In this document: piece by piece, positions 1 through 9,284 of the stretch
Layout of the letters: the number at the start of each line of letters is the position of its first letter
Numbering within the stretch: the stretch's first letter is position 1
Origin: Octopus sinensis
Lineage: Eukaryota
Reading direction: 5' to 3'
DNA length: 16,761 nt
Assembly (NCBI RefSeq): GCF_006345805.1
Contig: NW_021825086.1
Coordinates: forward strand, 1 to 16,761
Made by a program: the position numbers and the translations under genes
Notes under the pieces: generated by a model
Told to the model about the DNA's origin: nothing
Databases searched by the model: none
Seen by the model: the letters and a program-made list of their open reading frames with translations, nothing else

Positions 1-495
1 TTTCTACATCGTCAGCATTGTGCATTGAGAATTCGACCCCCAAGTCCAAAAGAGGGATCAATTGCGATATTTTAAAGCTTTTCAAGGATGACATTCGAGA
101 AAACTGACTGGGTATGTGGTGCGTAAATTATTGTAATTTTCACGACGACAATGTACCCTGTCACCACACTCGTAGGTTTCTTGCCAAAAGCAACATGCTA
201 TCGCTTCTGTGCATGTCCTTTTTGCCAGATTCAGTACCTGGTGACCTCCATCTCTTCACCAAGATGAAAATACGGTTCAATGATCGAGTTCAATAGGAAA
301 TTTACCACCGTTGTTGAGATCAAGATGTCCTCAAGAGGCCGGATTCCAAAAGTGTCAAGAAAGCTGGATCGGGTGTATTCGAAAAGCTTGGCGGTGTATT
401 CCTGCACAAGGTGACTTTACCGAAGGAGATGAAGTTAATATAAGTTAGTTTTATTAAACATAACTCATCCAGGAACATAACGATGCCACTTTGTA
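1..495 (+). mobile_element. Mariner (DD34D-type) transposase 3' remnant with probable right end and TA target site
   Basis: Manual translation gives FYIVSIVH*EFDPQ (from nt 2), FHDDNVPCH..RFLAKSNM...PDSVPGDLHLFTKMK (ORF 114-296) and AWRCIPAQGDFTEGD (~387-431). These match the mariner motifs FFD.RGIVH.EF, HDNAP.H, YSPDLAP.D and W.RC...QG.Y.EGD. The D-to-D spacing is 31 here, probably after a small deletion. The element ends ...GATGCCACTTTG|TA at 493-495. It has stops and frameshifts, and its left part is outside the window. Confidence 0.85.
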
Positions 496-508
496 TGTAT
501 ACGATGGG

Positions 509-866
509 TTTCTTTTAGTTACCTTGAACAAATATACACGAGTTTGTTGTGATGTAAGCCAGAGTACACGCAGTGGGACTGAATACAGTAGAAAATATTA
601 TTTCACATTCACGCTAATGCCTTATCGAATGTACATATATATACAGGTTTCAACACGAAATTGTCACCATTACCTTTTTAATTTCGCGCATGCGCGTTCT
701 ACGTTTTTGATTTTGTCGACCACTCAGTATAGTCGACCACTCAGTTTTTTTTTAGTTACCTTGAACAAATATACACGAGTTTGTTGTGCTGTAAGCTAGA
801 GTACACGCAGTGGTACTGAATACAGGAGAAAATATTATATCACATTCATGCCAACACCTAATCGTA

Positions 867-905
<39 letters not shown>

Positions 906-990
906 TGCAACACGAAATTGCCACAATTACCTTTTAAATTTCGCGCATGCGCATTCTTTGTTTTTGACTTTGTCGACAACTCAGTATAGT
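509..990. repeat. Head-to-tail tandem pair of a ~225-245 bp unit (509-733 and 745-990)
   Basis: Both copies start TTTTAGTTACCTTGAACAAATATACACGAGTTTGTTGTG and end GTCGAC(C/A)ACTCAGTATAGT. Both contain a TA tract and the palindrome GCGCATGCGC (686-695; 943-952). Confidence 0.92.
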
Positions 991-994
991 ATGA

Positions 995-1771
995 TCAGTT
1001 GGGTACCGTCTGTGAGAAAACCAGCACCATGGCGTAAGTCACTCTGCCATAACTTTTTGAAACGACATGCTGTACTGCTTGGCATTCGCGCCGAAAGATC
1101 TAATATGAACATTTCAGAGTGTTTGGGTGTCAGTCAGAGGAATGTGCAATCCAAGGACATGTACTGAGACTGATAAGAATCAAACATCCAGTCAACATCA
1201 TGGTGTTTGGAACGATCACTAGTGATGGTGACATTATGCTTTCATTCACGGTTTCAGACTGAATACGGGGGCCTAGATCAAGTGCCTGGAGGAGGTAGTG
1301 CTTCACTGGAGCAAAGGGGTGGCTGATGGAAGATCCTATCTCTGGCAGCAGGAATCTGTACCATGCCATACAACCAGGAGAACCCAGCCATGGCTGTCAG
1401 ACAAATTCTGCGACCACATCACCCCTAAAATCACGCCATCTAACTCCCCAGACTGGAACCCCCTTGATTATTATGCGTGGGGCGCAGTTGACTGAGAGGT
1501 CAGCAAAACCCATTGTAACATCAAAGATAAACTGACTGCAAGGATTATGGCAGTATTCACGAAATTAAACAAGGTGACCGTCGAGAGGAGTTGCAGGAGA
1601 TTCCGAAGCTGACCGGAAGACGTGGTTGAAGCCAATAGCAATTTTTTTGAAGACATTTACTTTCAAGATATTTTTTCTGTTATTTTGGTAAATATACCTG
1701 TTAAAATGGGATGTCAGTGTCATTTTCATTTTTGCATAATTTAGACGAGGCTATATTTACCGTACCCTGTA
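995..1771 (+). mobile_element. Internally deleted Tc1/mariner-superfamily DD37D (maT-like) transposon with right TIR
   Basis: An N-terminal HTH-like segment KRHAVLLGIRAERSNMNISECLGVSQRNVQ (~1060-1150) is joined to KHPVNIMVFGTITSDGDIM and then WQQESVPCH...NSPDWNPLDYYAWGAV. Exactly 37 residues separate the degenerate second D (E, 1352-1354) and the third D (1466-1468). The C-terminus reads SCRRFRS*PEDVVEANSNFFE. The end ...ATATTTACCGTACCCTG|TA (1769-1771) is of the TACAGGG terminal type. No left TIR was found. Confidence 0.85.
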
Positions 1772-1775
1772 CATG

Positions 1776-1776
<1 letters not shown>

Positions 1777-1809
<33 letters not shown>

Positions 1810-1821
1810 GTGTGTGTGTGT

Positions 1822-1858
<37 letters not shown>

Positions 1859-1900
1859 CTGTGTGCCTGTATGTATGTGTGTGGTGCATGTGTGTGTGTT
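1777..1900. repeat. Compound (TA)n/(TG)n microsatellite
   Basis: Read directly from the sequence. Confidence 0.97.
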
Positions 1901-1920
1901 TTGTGTGAGGAGGCATATGG

Positions 1921-3627
1921 AATGAAAAACTTAAAGCCAGAAAATTTTATTTCTGCAATACAATTAAAAACAACCACAAGACAGAAATCTACGACCGCTG
2001 GCTAAACTCTACACCAATAATTTTGCCTCGTAAATTCGAAATTCAACGTATTCCAAAGAAGCCGACAAAGGAAGTGCGGTAGTAGTGATGAATACAGAAT
2101 ACTACAAAAATTTAATACTTTCCATGTTGGAAAATAATACTTACTATTAGAAGTTAATACAATACAACCCACAGAAAACCTGCCCTCTTTACTCCAAATT
2201 CATGGAAAGCGTCTCACTAATCTTGAAATAGACTTTTTATCCAATTTTAAATACAGTCCTAATCTATTCTACGGATTACCCAAAATACATAAAAATCCAC
2301 ACATTTCTGAAGCCTGCAAAGTCTCTACAAGCTTATGCATTAACGTCCCTCCCCCTACTGACCTCAAACTGAGACCCATCATAGATGGCCTTTCTTGTGA
2401 AACCCGCCGTTTGAGCAACTTCCTCGACATCTTACTCAAAACGTTTTATAAAAATATGTGCAAAGACTTATCAGTGATGACCTAGACATGCTGAACCACC
2501 TCCCGAATACATTAAAGGAAGGAACCCTGTTGGTATCTTTCGATGTGGTGAATCTGTACACCAATACCCCACATGACTATGTTTATTCATCTCAGGATGC
2601 ATAAACCACAGAATCATAATCGAAGCACTCAAATTCATCTTGCTGAACAACTATTGATTTGCAAGTAATGCTTGACAACATACATAGCAATATACAGTTC
2701 ACTATGGAACATAACAGTAAACTCCCTTAATTAAAATAGACATCTTAATTAAAATAGTTATCAACCACATAGAAACAGGCATCTTTTATAAGCCCACAGA
2801 TTCTAAACAACACCTATTATTTAACTCTTCCTACCCGAAACACATAAAAATTAATATATCTTTTAATCTAACGAAAAGAATTTGTACCATAGTTTCGGAT
2901 ACATATACTGGTGAACAAGACTCCTTGAACTTAGATCAACACTAACTAAAAGACATTCCCGAATCTCATTCATGAATGATGACATTAAAAGAGCTAAGGA
3001 ATTAGATATACAAATATTAAGGCAAGCCAGCCGAAATACTAAACCAGGCTTAAAAATACTCCCGTACATTTCCACACATAACCCTAGAAACAACGAAGCC
3101 TTCGATATTGTCACCCCAAATCCTTCCCATCCTCACAGGAGACAAAACAACGAACGAAATTTTAAGCTCATACAAAATTATAAACAGCAAAATACAACTG
3201 AAGTCACTCTATCCATTAACAATAGAGCCAAAAGTGAAAAAATGTTGTCGTCTCAACTATGGAACATGCCCCCACCTTTTGGATTATTCAGAATTCCACT
3301 TCAAACAAGGTGAAATATTTAAGATCAAATCAAATTTCCCCTGCGCCTCGGAAAATCTAATCTATGCAATGACATGCTTAGGATTCGGTAACAACTATAT
3401 TGGACAAACTGGAATATCACTCCGTCGAAGAACCACCTTCCAAAGAGAGCAAATCCGCCACCCACAATACAGACAGTTACAGCTTAGTGAACACATAGAA
3501 TCTTAATCCTAATTTCTAAATCTTCCCCCTATTTCAATGTTCACAGAACACCTCAATGCAACAAAGGCTGAATAAAGACGCAATTTTCATCAATAAATAT
3601 CTTCCATAACTGAATATAAACGCATAA
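1921..3627 (+). mobile_element. Penelope-like retroelement remnant (reverse transcriptase + GIY-YIG endonuclease), disrupted
   Basis: Motifs in order: KEADKGSAVVVMN (2055-), FYGLPKIHK (2267-2293), LRPII, SFDVVNLYTNTP (2536-2571), NIHSNIQFTME, FYKPTDSKQHL, a Cys-rich linker KKCCRLNYGTCP, GIY-YIG motifs LIY (3357-3365) and YIGQTG (3396-), and C-terminal IFPLFQC...KDAIFINKYLP*LN (to 3627). There are many stops and frameshifts. The left boundary is approximate. Confidence 0.92.
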
Positions 3628-3795
3628 CTTAATATAGAACACTACTAACCCTTCAATTAACACCACTAACCACTATACATTCCTTACACCATTCACATTA
3701 CAATTCTATATCTAACCTTACTGCACAAAATCCAGAACTACTTACCTCCCTTACAAATACACTTTTTACTCAGGAACTTTTAGACCTGACACCGC

Positions 3796-3820
3796 TCAGA
3801 AAGCATGGTATGCTTTCTGA
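3796..3820. other. Perfect 11-bp inverted repeat (hairpin) downstream of the Penelope ORF
   Basis: TCAGAAAGCAT-GGT-ATGCTTTCTGA. Function unknown. Confidence 0.8.
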
Positions 3821-4169
3821 CTCTTTAATCATCTCATAATAATGACTTTTATGACTCTTATTACTACCTCAGTCCATCTAAACGTATATATATATATGTC
3901 GGTAGCTTTCATAAAAAGCTTTTTCTTGTTTTATTTACAATGTGCATTTTCGTTGATTTTTCATATTTTCCCCTTATATTTCCACTCGTATTTTCTATTT
4001 TCTTCTTGTAACATATTTCTACTATATATGTATGTAGTAGAAATATATATATATATATATAATTATATATAACAATTTATGTATAACGTATATCTATATA
4101 TATTTAACATATATCTATATCTATAAATATATATATATATTTTCAGTAACAACAATTAAGATTCAAGTG

Positions 4170-4430
4170 AGTTCCAATGGGTTCACATGAATGCGGTACT
4201 TAACTTCAAAAGTGTGCATCATTAGAGAACTTTTGAAGTCTGATACAATCTGACTTTGCTTTTTATTGAACTCTCTTCGATACTTCATAAGTGTAGCCTC
4301 ACTCCTAGGATGTTTGGAAAACTCATATGTGTTCAGGCTGATGAATACGGGACACTTGTATTTGCTGCAATATCTTCAGCATTTAATAAAGCTGTTCTTC
4401 GTATGAAACAATTGTACTGAACAACTAATC
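4170..4430 (-). mobile_element. Possible degenerate Penelope-like RT thumb/linker fragment
   Basis: A minus frame reads [62 protein letters not shown], reminiscent of PLE ICS...F..E...IK and KCPVY(L/I).LP segments. This is resemblance only. Confidence 0.3.
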
Positions 4431-4450
4431 TATTCTTGTTGCTTTTTTTC

Positions 4451-4451
<1 letters not shown>

Positions 4452-4532
<81 letters not shown>

Positions 4533-4630
4533 GTACATATATACATACATGCATAAATACATACATGCATACATACATACATACTTACATATATACATAC
4601 ATACATATATACATACATACATATGTACAT
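4452..4630. repeat. (TA)40 followed by (TACA)n-like microsatellite
   Basis: Pure TA at 4452-4531, then CATA/TACA units. Confidence 0.97.
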
Positions 4631-4877
4631 ATATAAGGGTGTATCTGTTTTTTTTTGTGTTTTTAGACCTGCAAGCCTCTGAAACTTTGCGTCCACGAGT
4701 AAAATGAATTTGATTTTCGAAATTCGATTTCCAAGGTAAACATCGTCCATAATATATAATAAATATCATAATCCTCCACGTGAAATAACCCAACTTTGAG
4801 ATCTCAACCTCTCACTCTATATCTTTCACTACCCATGTATCTTATATTTGCCATACTATTTGATGCTCTCTCTCACA

Positions 4878-4888
<11 letters not shown>

Positions 4889-4914
<26 letters not shown>

Positions 4915-4931
4915 CCTCTCTCTCTCTCTCT
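4889..4931. repeat. (CT)n microsatellite
   Basis: Read directly from the sequence. Confidence 0.95.
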
Positions 4932-5625
4932 ATGTGATTTAAAAATCAATCATTGCTGTCATTTTGTTTAAATTCTCTCCTACTTCTGTTTTATGATACA
5001 AGTGTTCAAACACAAACAGCTTAGCTTCCAAATCTTGTTTTCTAATGGGGTAAAAATGATAAAACTTCGAACCTTTGATGTGTTTTCTAAACATTTTCTC
5101 GAATAAATCAATAAATTTCAAGATTTCCACATACTTTTCAAATTTCAAATTACGTGACACAAATCGAAAAGTCCACGCTCTGCTTATTTCCATCCTTTTC
5201 TCATAGTAAACCTTCCCACTCCTTATGAAAGTATACCGCTCACACTAACTGCGTGTCGTGTTCCCAATGTGGGTCATGTTCCTAATATATATATATATAT
5301 ATATTCATATACATATATGTATATATATAGATTAAAAGTTTAATTATAATGTCTTCACTTTCGTTGTGAATTTATTTTATGCTATATAGACCTGAAGAGT
5401 AGCTCTGTATCATTTGATCGAAGAAATATAAATTTTTCAGATTATCGATTTTGATAATGTCGATTTAAATATATCGTCACAAATCGCGCCTCTTCGATTT
5501 AATGTGCATAATTTAGTATAGTATGTCTAAGTATATTATTAATAATATATTTATATTTATATTTTATTATAGATAATATCTTTAATTATTAATTGAATTA
5601 CTTTACGGCGGGTCTGTCTCTTAAT

Positions 5626-5667
<42 letters not shown>

Positions 5668-5995
5668 TACATGCATGCGAATATCTATGCACACGAGTAT
5701 ATATCATATATACACACTCACATACATACAGTCACACATACATATATATAAAGAATATTATCTTCCAATTATTCAAGTGATTAATCAGCAAACATGCTGG
5801 CAACACTCCTAGAAGGTATTTTATTCGAATATATTCTCCCAGGTATTTAAATTTTGAAAGTCTGTTACTTATTATATCGGTTTTTACTGAGGAACTGTTA
5901 AGTTACGTGGACGGAAATTCTCCAGAGACTAATACAAGCACAATGTTTAAAGCTCACACGCACACATACACCCATGTATATATGTATATATGTAA

Positions 5996-6141
5996 GACAG
6001 GCCTCTTTCAGTTTCTGACAACAAAATCGAATCATGACACGAGTATATAGAATTGGACAATTGGTGAAGGCAGCACGTATTAACACTGAACCCTACTCAA
6101 TGTGGTTGGAAATCAAGCTTCTTATTACGCAGACACGCCAT
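5996..6141 (-). mobile_element. Diverged tRNA-derived SINE (second family), partial
   Basis: The minus strand reads ...GGCGTGTCTGCGTAATAAGAAGCTTGATTTCCAACCACATTGAGTAGGGTTCAGTG..., with degenerate A-box and B-box (GGGTTCAGT) and a downstream GAAACTGAAAGAGGCCTGTC. The head resembles 13129-13163 in this window and a recalled abundant octopus SINE (recall, not a search). Confidence 0.5.
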
Positions 6142-6189
6142 TGACTTTATACACACATACACTTATATAGATATACATATACATTTACA

Positions 6190-6196
6190 TATGTAC

Positions 6197-6259
<63 letters not shown>

Positions 6260-6285
6260 GTGGTGTGTATGTGTGTGTGTGTATG
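6190..6285. repeat. Compound (TA)n/(TG)n microsatellite
   Basis: Read directly from the sequence. Confidence 0.95.
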
Positions 6286-6656
6286 TATTTATTGCATGCT
6301 CAAGTGGTCACACCTGTTTTATCCTGCTTTAAACACTTACACATTGGACTTATAACTGCCTGAACTTTCTGCACCTCTCCGATTCTCCATATCTGCACTC
6401 TACCCGATTGCCACTGGATATACTTATGGAGTTCACGGGACACATCTGTTAATAAAAAATCCCACCAATACACTAAAACTTTTAATCCTTTTTGAACTTC
6501 TGTGATTTCCTCATTTCCTTTACTTTTGAAGATCGTAGGCTCGAAACGTAAAGCCCTTTCTCACTTTTCGGAGTGTCAAACTAATGCAAACCTGGTTCAT
6601 ATATCTGTGTTCGTCAGTTGTTTTTCTGCAAATTTCAACTATGTATATATATGTAT

Positions 6657-6719
<63 letters not shown>

Positions 6720-6805
6720 TAGATAGATAGATAGATAGATAGATAGAGATAGTTAGTTAGATATAAATACAGTGTACATTTAAACGCAAAAGAGATATCC
6801 GTCAT

Positions 6806-7003
6806 AGGATTTCCTGCACGCCAGAAGGAACAGCTAAAATCCAAACCGCTATTTGGGATAATCATCGAAGGGAATGAAAATTATAAAACATTTACCTCTA
6901 TCTCCTAGACGACGGATTCAGACATTTTTTTAGCAAATAAAATCATTTGCTAGGCGAAGTCTTCATCAGCAGGTACGCCTATAAGCATGAGGCAATCCAA
7001 CAT
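6806..7003. repeat. 198-bp segment, copy A
   Basis: AGGATTTCCTGCACGCC...GAGGCAATCCAACAT. Identical to 7799-7996 and one mismatch from the reverse complement of 9285-9482. Confidence 0.95.
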
Positions 7004-7218
7004 TGCCTCTTATGTGATACCTCTTATGCGTTTAAATATGTTTAAATGTGTTTAAACTCATAAGGCAGATATCTCTTATGTGTTTAAATGTACAATGCAT
7101 GTATATGAATAATATATATAGTCTATTGACAATTTTTTTACACGTTAGGCCACTGGTAGTAAAAATGCTAAGCTTCTTTATTATCCTGTTATTGTTAATT
7201 ATAGATAGTTAGGTAGGT

Positions 7219-7271
<53 letters not shown>

Positions 7272-7272
<1 letters not shown>

Positions 7273-7557
7273 CACGTGATCACATGACCGACCAGACCAT
7301 CAGATGTTGTTACATCGCTGGTCACAATGCGTTCGAATTGTTTAGCCTTCGAATGACGCCACCCCGCTGGCTAAGCGAGCAGGCCAACAGAAGAAAGAGT
7401 GTGAGAAAGAGTGGTGAAAGAGTACAGCAGGGATCACCACCCCCTGCCGGAGACTCGTGGAGTTTTTTAGGTGTTTTCGCTCAATAAACACACACAACGC
7501 CCGGTCTGGGAATCGAAACCGCGAGTCCGCTGCCCTAACCACAAGGCCATTGCGCCT

Positions 7558-7560
<3 letters not shown>
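7272..7560 (-). mobile_element. tRNA-derived SINE, copy 1
   Basis: The minus strand starts TGGAGGCGCAATGGCCTTGTGGTTAGGGCAGCGGACTCGCGGTTTCGATTCCCAGACCGGG, with A-box TGGCCTTGTGG and B-box GGTTTCGATTCCC. A central TTGAGCGAAAACACCTAA domain follows, and the 3' end is CATGTGATCACGTGAT + (AT)n. Confidence 0.85.
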
Positions 7561-7628
<68 letters not shown>

Positions 7629-7691
7629 TTTATATATATATTTATATATATATATTTATATATATATATATATACATAGAGAGAGAGAGAG

Positions 7692-7749
<58 letters not shown>

Positions 7750-7798
7750 TTAGATATAAATACAGTGTACATTTAAACGCAAAAGAGATATCCGTCAT

Positions 7799-7996
7799 AG
7801 GATTTCCTGCACGCCAGAAGGAACAGCTAAAATCCAAACCGCTATTTGGGATAATCATCGAAGGGAATGAAAATTATAAAACATTTACCTCTATCTCCTA
7901 GACGACGGATTCAGACATTTTTTTAGCAAATAAAATCATTTGCTAGGCGAAGTCTTCATCAGCAGGTACGCCTATAAGCATGAGGCAATCCAACAT
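7799..7996. repeat. 198-bp segment, copy B
   Basis: Part of tandem unit 2; identical to copy A. Confidence 0.95.
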
Positions 7997-8207
7997 TGCC
8001 TCTTATGTGATACCTCTTATGCGTTTAAATATGTTTAAATGTGTTTAAACTCATAAGGCAGATCTCTCTTATGTGTTTAAATGTACAATGCATGTATATG
8101 AATAATATATATAGTCTATTGACAATTTTTTTACACGTTAGGCCACTGGTAGTAAAAATGCTAAGCTTCATTATTATCTTGTTATTGTTAATTATAGATA
8201 GTTAGGT

Positions 8208-8252
<45 letters not shown>

Positions 8253-8271
8253 ATATCTATATATATATATA

Positions 8272-8559
8272 TCACGTGATCACATGACCGACCAGACCAT
8301 CAGATGTTGTTACATCGCTGGTCACAATGCGTTCGAATTGTTTAGCCTTCGAATGACGCCACCCCGCTGGCTAAGCGAGCAGGCCAACAGAAGAAAGAGC
8401 GTGAGAAAGAGTGGTGAAAGAGTACAGCAGGGATCACCACCCCCTGCCGGAGACTCGTGGAGTTTTTTAGGTGTTTTCGCTCAATAAACACACACAACGC
8501 CCGGTCTGGAATCGAAACCGCGAGTCCGCTGCCCTAACCACAAGGCCATTGCGCCTCCA
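8272..8559 (-). mobile_element. tRNA-derived SINE, copy 2 (product of the tandem duplication)
   Basis: Same as 7272-7560 except one substitution (8400) and a 1-nt G deletion beside the B-box. Confidence 0.85.
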
Positions 8560-8580
8560 TATATATGTATATATATATAT

Positions 8581-8611
<31 letters not shown>

Positions 8612-8680
8612 ATATATATTATTTATATATATATTTATATATATATATTATATATATATATATACATAGAGAGAGAGAGA

Positions 8681-8730
8681 GATAGATAGATAGATAAATA
8701 GATATATAGATAGATAGATAGATAGATAGA
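8681..8730. repeat. (GATA)n array abutting the 3' end of the Tx1-like element
   Basis: Read directly from the sequence. Confidence 0.95.
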
Positions 8731-9284
8731 TGTTTCTTCATTAGGAACACAGAGCTGCACACAGACGGGAAAGATTACAATGTAGAGCTTTTCTTTTCTA
8801 GGAAATAAATGTTGGGGTAGGTTTTCAATCAAAAGGGGTCATAAAAGTGAAAGAAGAAGAAATAAGGAAAAGAAACAAAAGAAAAAACGATCAATAGGGA
8901 TCGTGTATCACAGTGTCATGATGTAAGGTGTAAAGGGGAAGCAGATAAGTTTTATCCGTGAGAGGAAAAGCGTACGGAAAAAAGACGGTAACCTCGGTCT
9001 ATATTGTTACATGTTACCACATTTGTTTTCAAGTAACCCTCTGTTTTAAATATCCGGTTTCATAGGATTATGCTCAAGCTGGCTTCGTCATTCATACGTG
9101 CCATCCTTTGCTACATTCACCCATACTTGAAAAGATGATACAAGATGTTGATGAGAAATTGACCAGAGAGGAAAGTGTTTGTCTCCAATCCTTTCATACG
9201 CATCCACCAGATACATTCTGTCGCCATATGATGAAAATAGCTATTCCTTTCTGCTTGAAAAAAGGAGGCGTGACAATATTGACG

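Larger units (their letters stand above)
6660..8680. repeat. ~1-kb tandem duplication (unit 1 6660-7692, unit 2 7693-8680) delimited by (GATA)n arrays
   Basis: The offset is 993-1000 nt. Outside microsatellites I count 4 substitutions and 2 small indels. (GATA)n arrays lie at 6660-6752, 7693-7749 and 8681-8730. Confidence 0.96.

Noticed and set aside
4141-4172. Possible 20-nt micro-exon TTTCAG|TAACAACAATTAAGATTCAA|GTGAGT
   Set aside because: There is no polypyrimidine tract (only TA repeats upstream), the length is not a multiple of 3, and no neighbouring host exons are recognisable. RNA-seq would be needed.
4338-4361. CTGATGA followed by an ATAC/GTAT stem, hammerhead-like
   Set aside because: No GAAA follows the stem (it reads TTGC), so the core is incomplete.
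4333-4793. ORFs of 81-122 aa rich in YIYIYI/MYVCMY (similar ones at 752-979, 1777-2005, 5627-5812, 6635-6865, 7471-7858, 8471-8832)
   Set aside because: They are translations of TA, TG, TACA and GATA microsatellites, which lack stop codons in some frames.
5392-5426. CTGAAGA...GAAA hammerhead-like spacing
   Set aside because: I could not build convincing stems I, II and III around it.
7284-7542. Duplicated 66-67 aa ORFs (MTDQTIRCC..., also 8284-8487) as a small gene family
   Set aside because: They lie within the SINE copies and are duplicated only because of the tandem duplication.
7500-7560. Genuine tRNA gene
   Set aside because: A and B boxes are present, but the anticodon arm is truncated, no acceptor stem closes, and the sequence continues into a SINE body.
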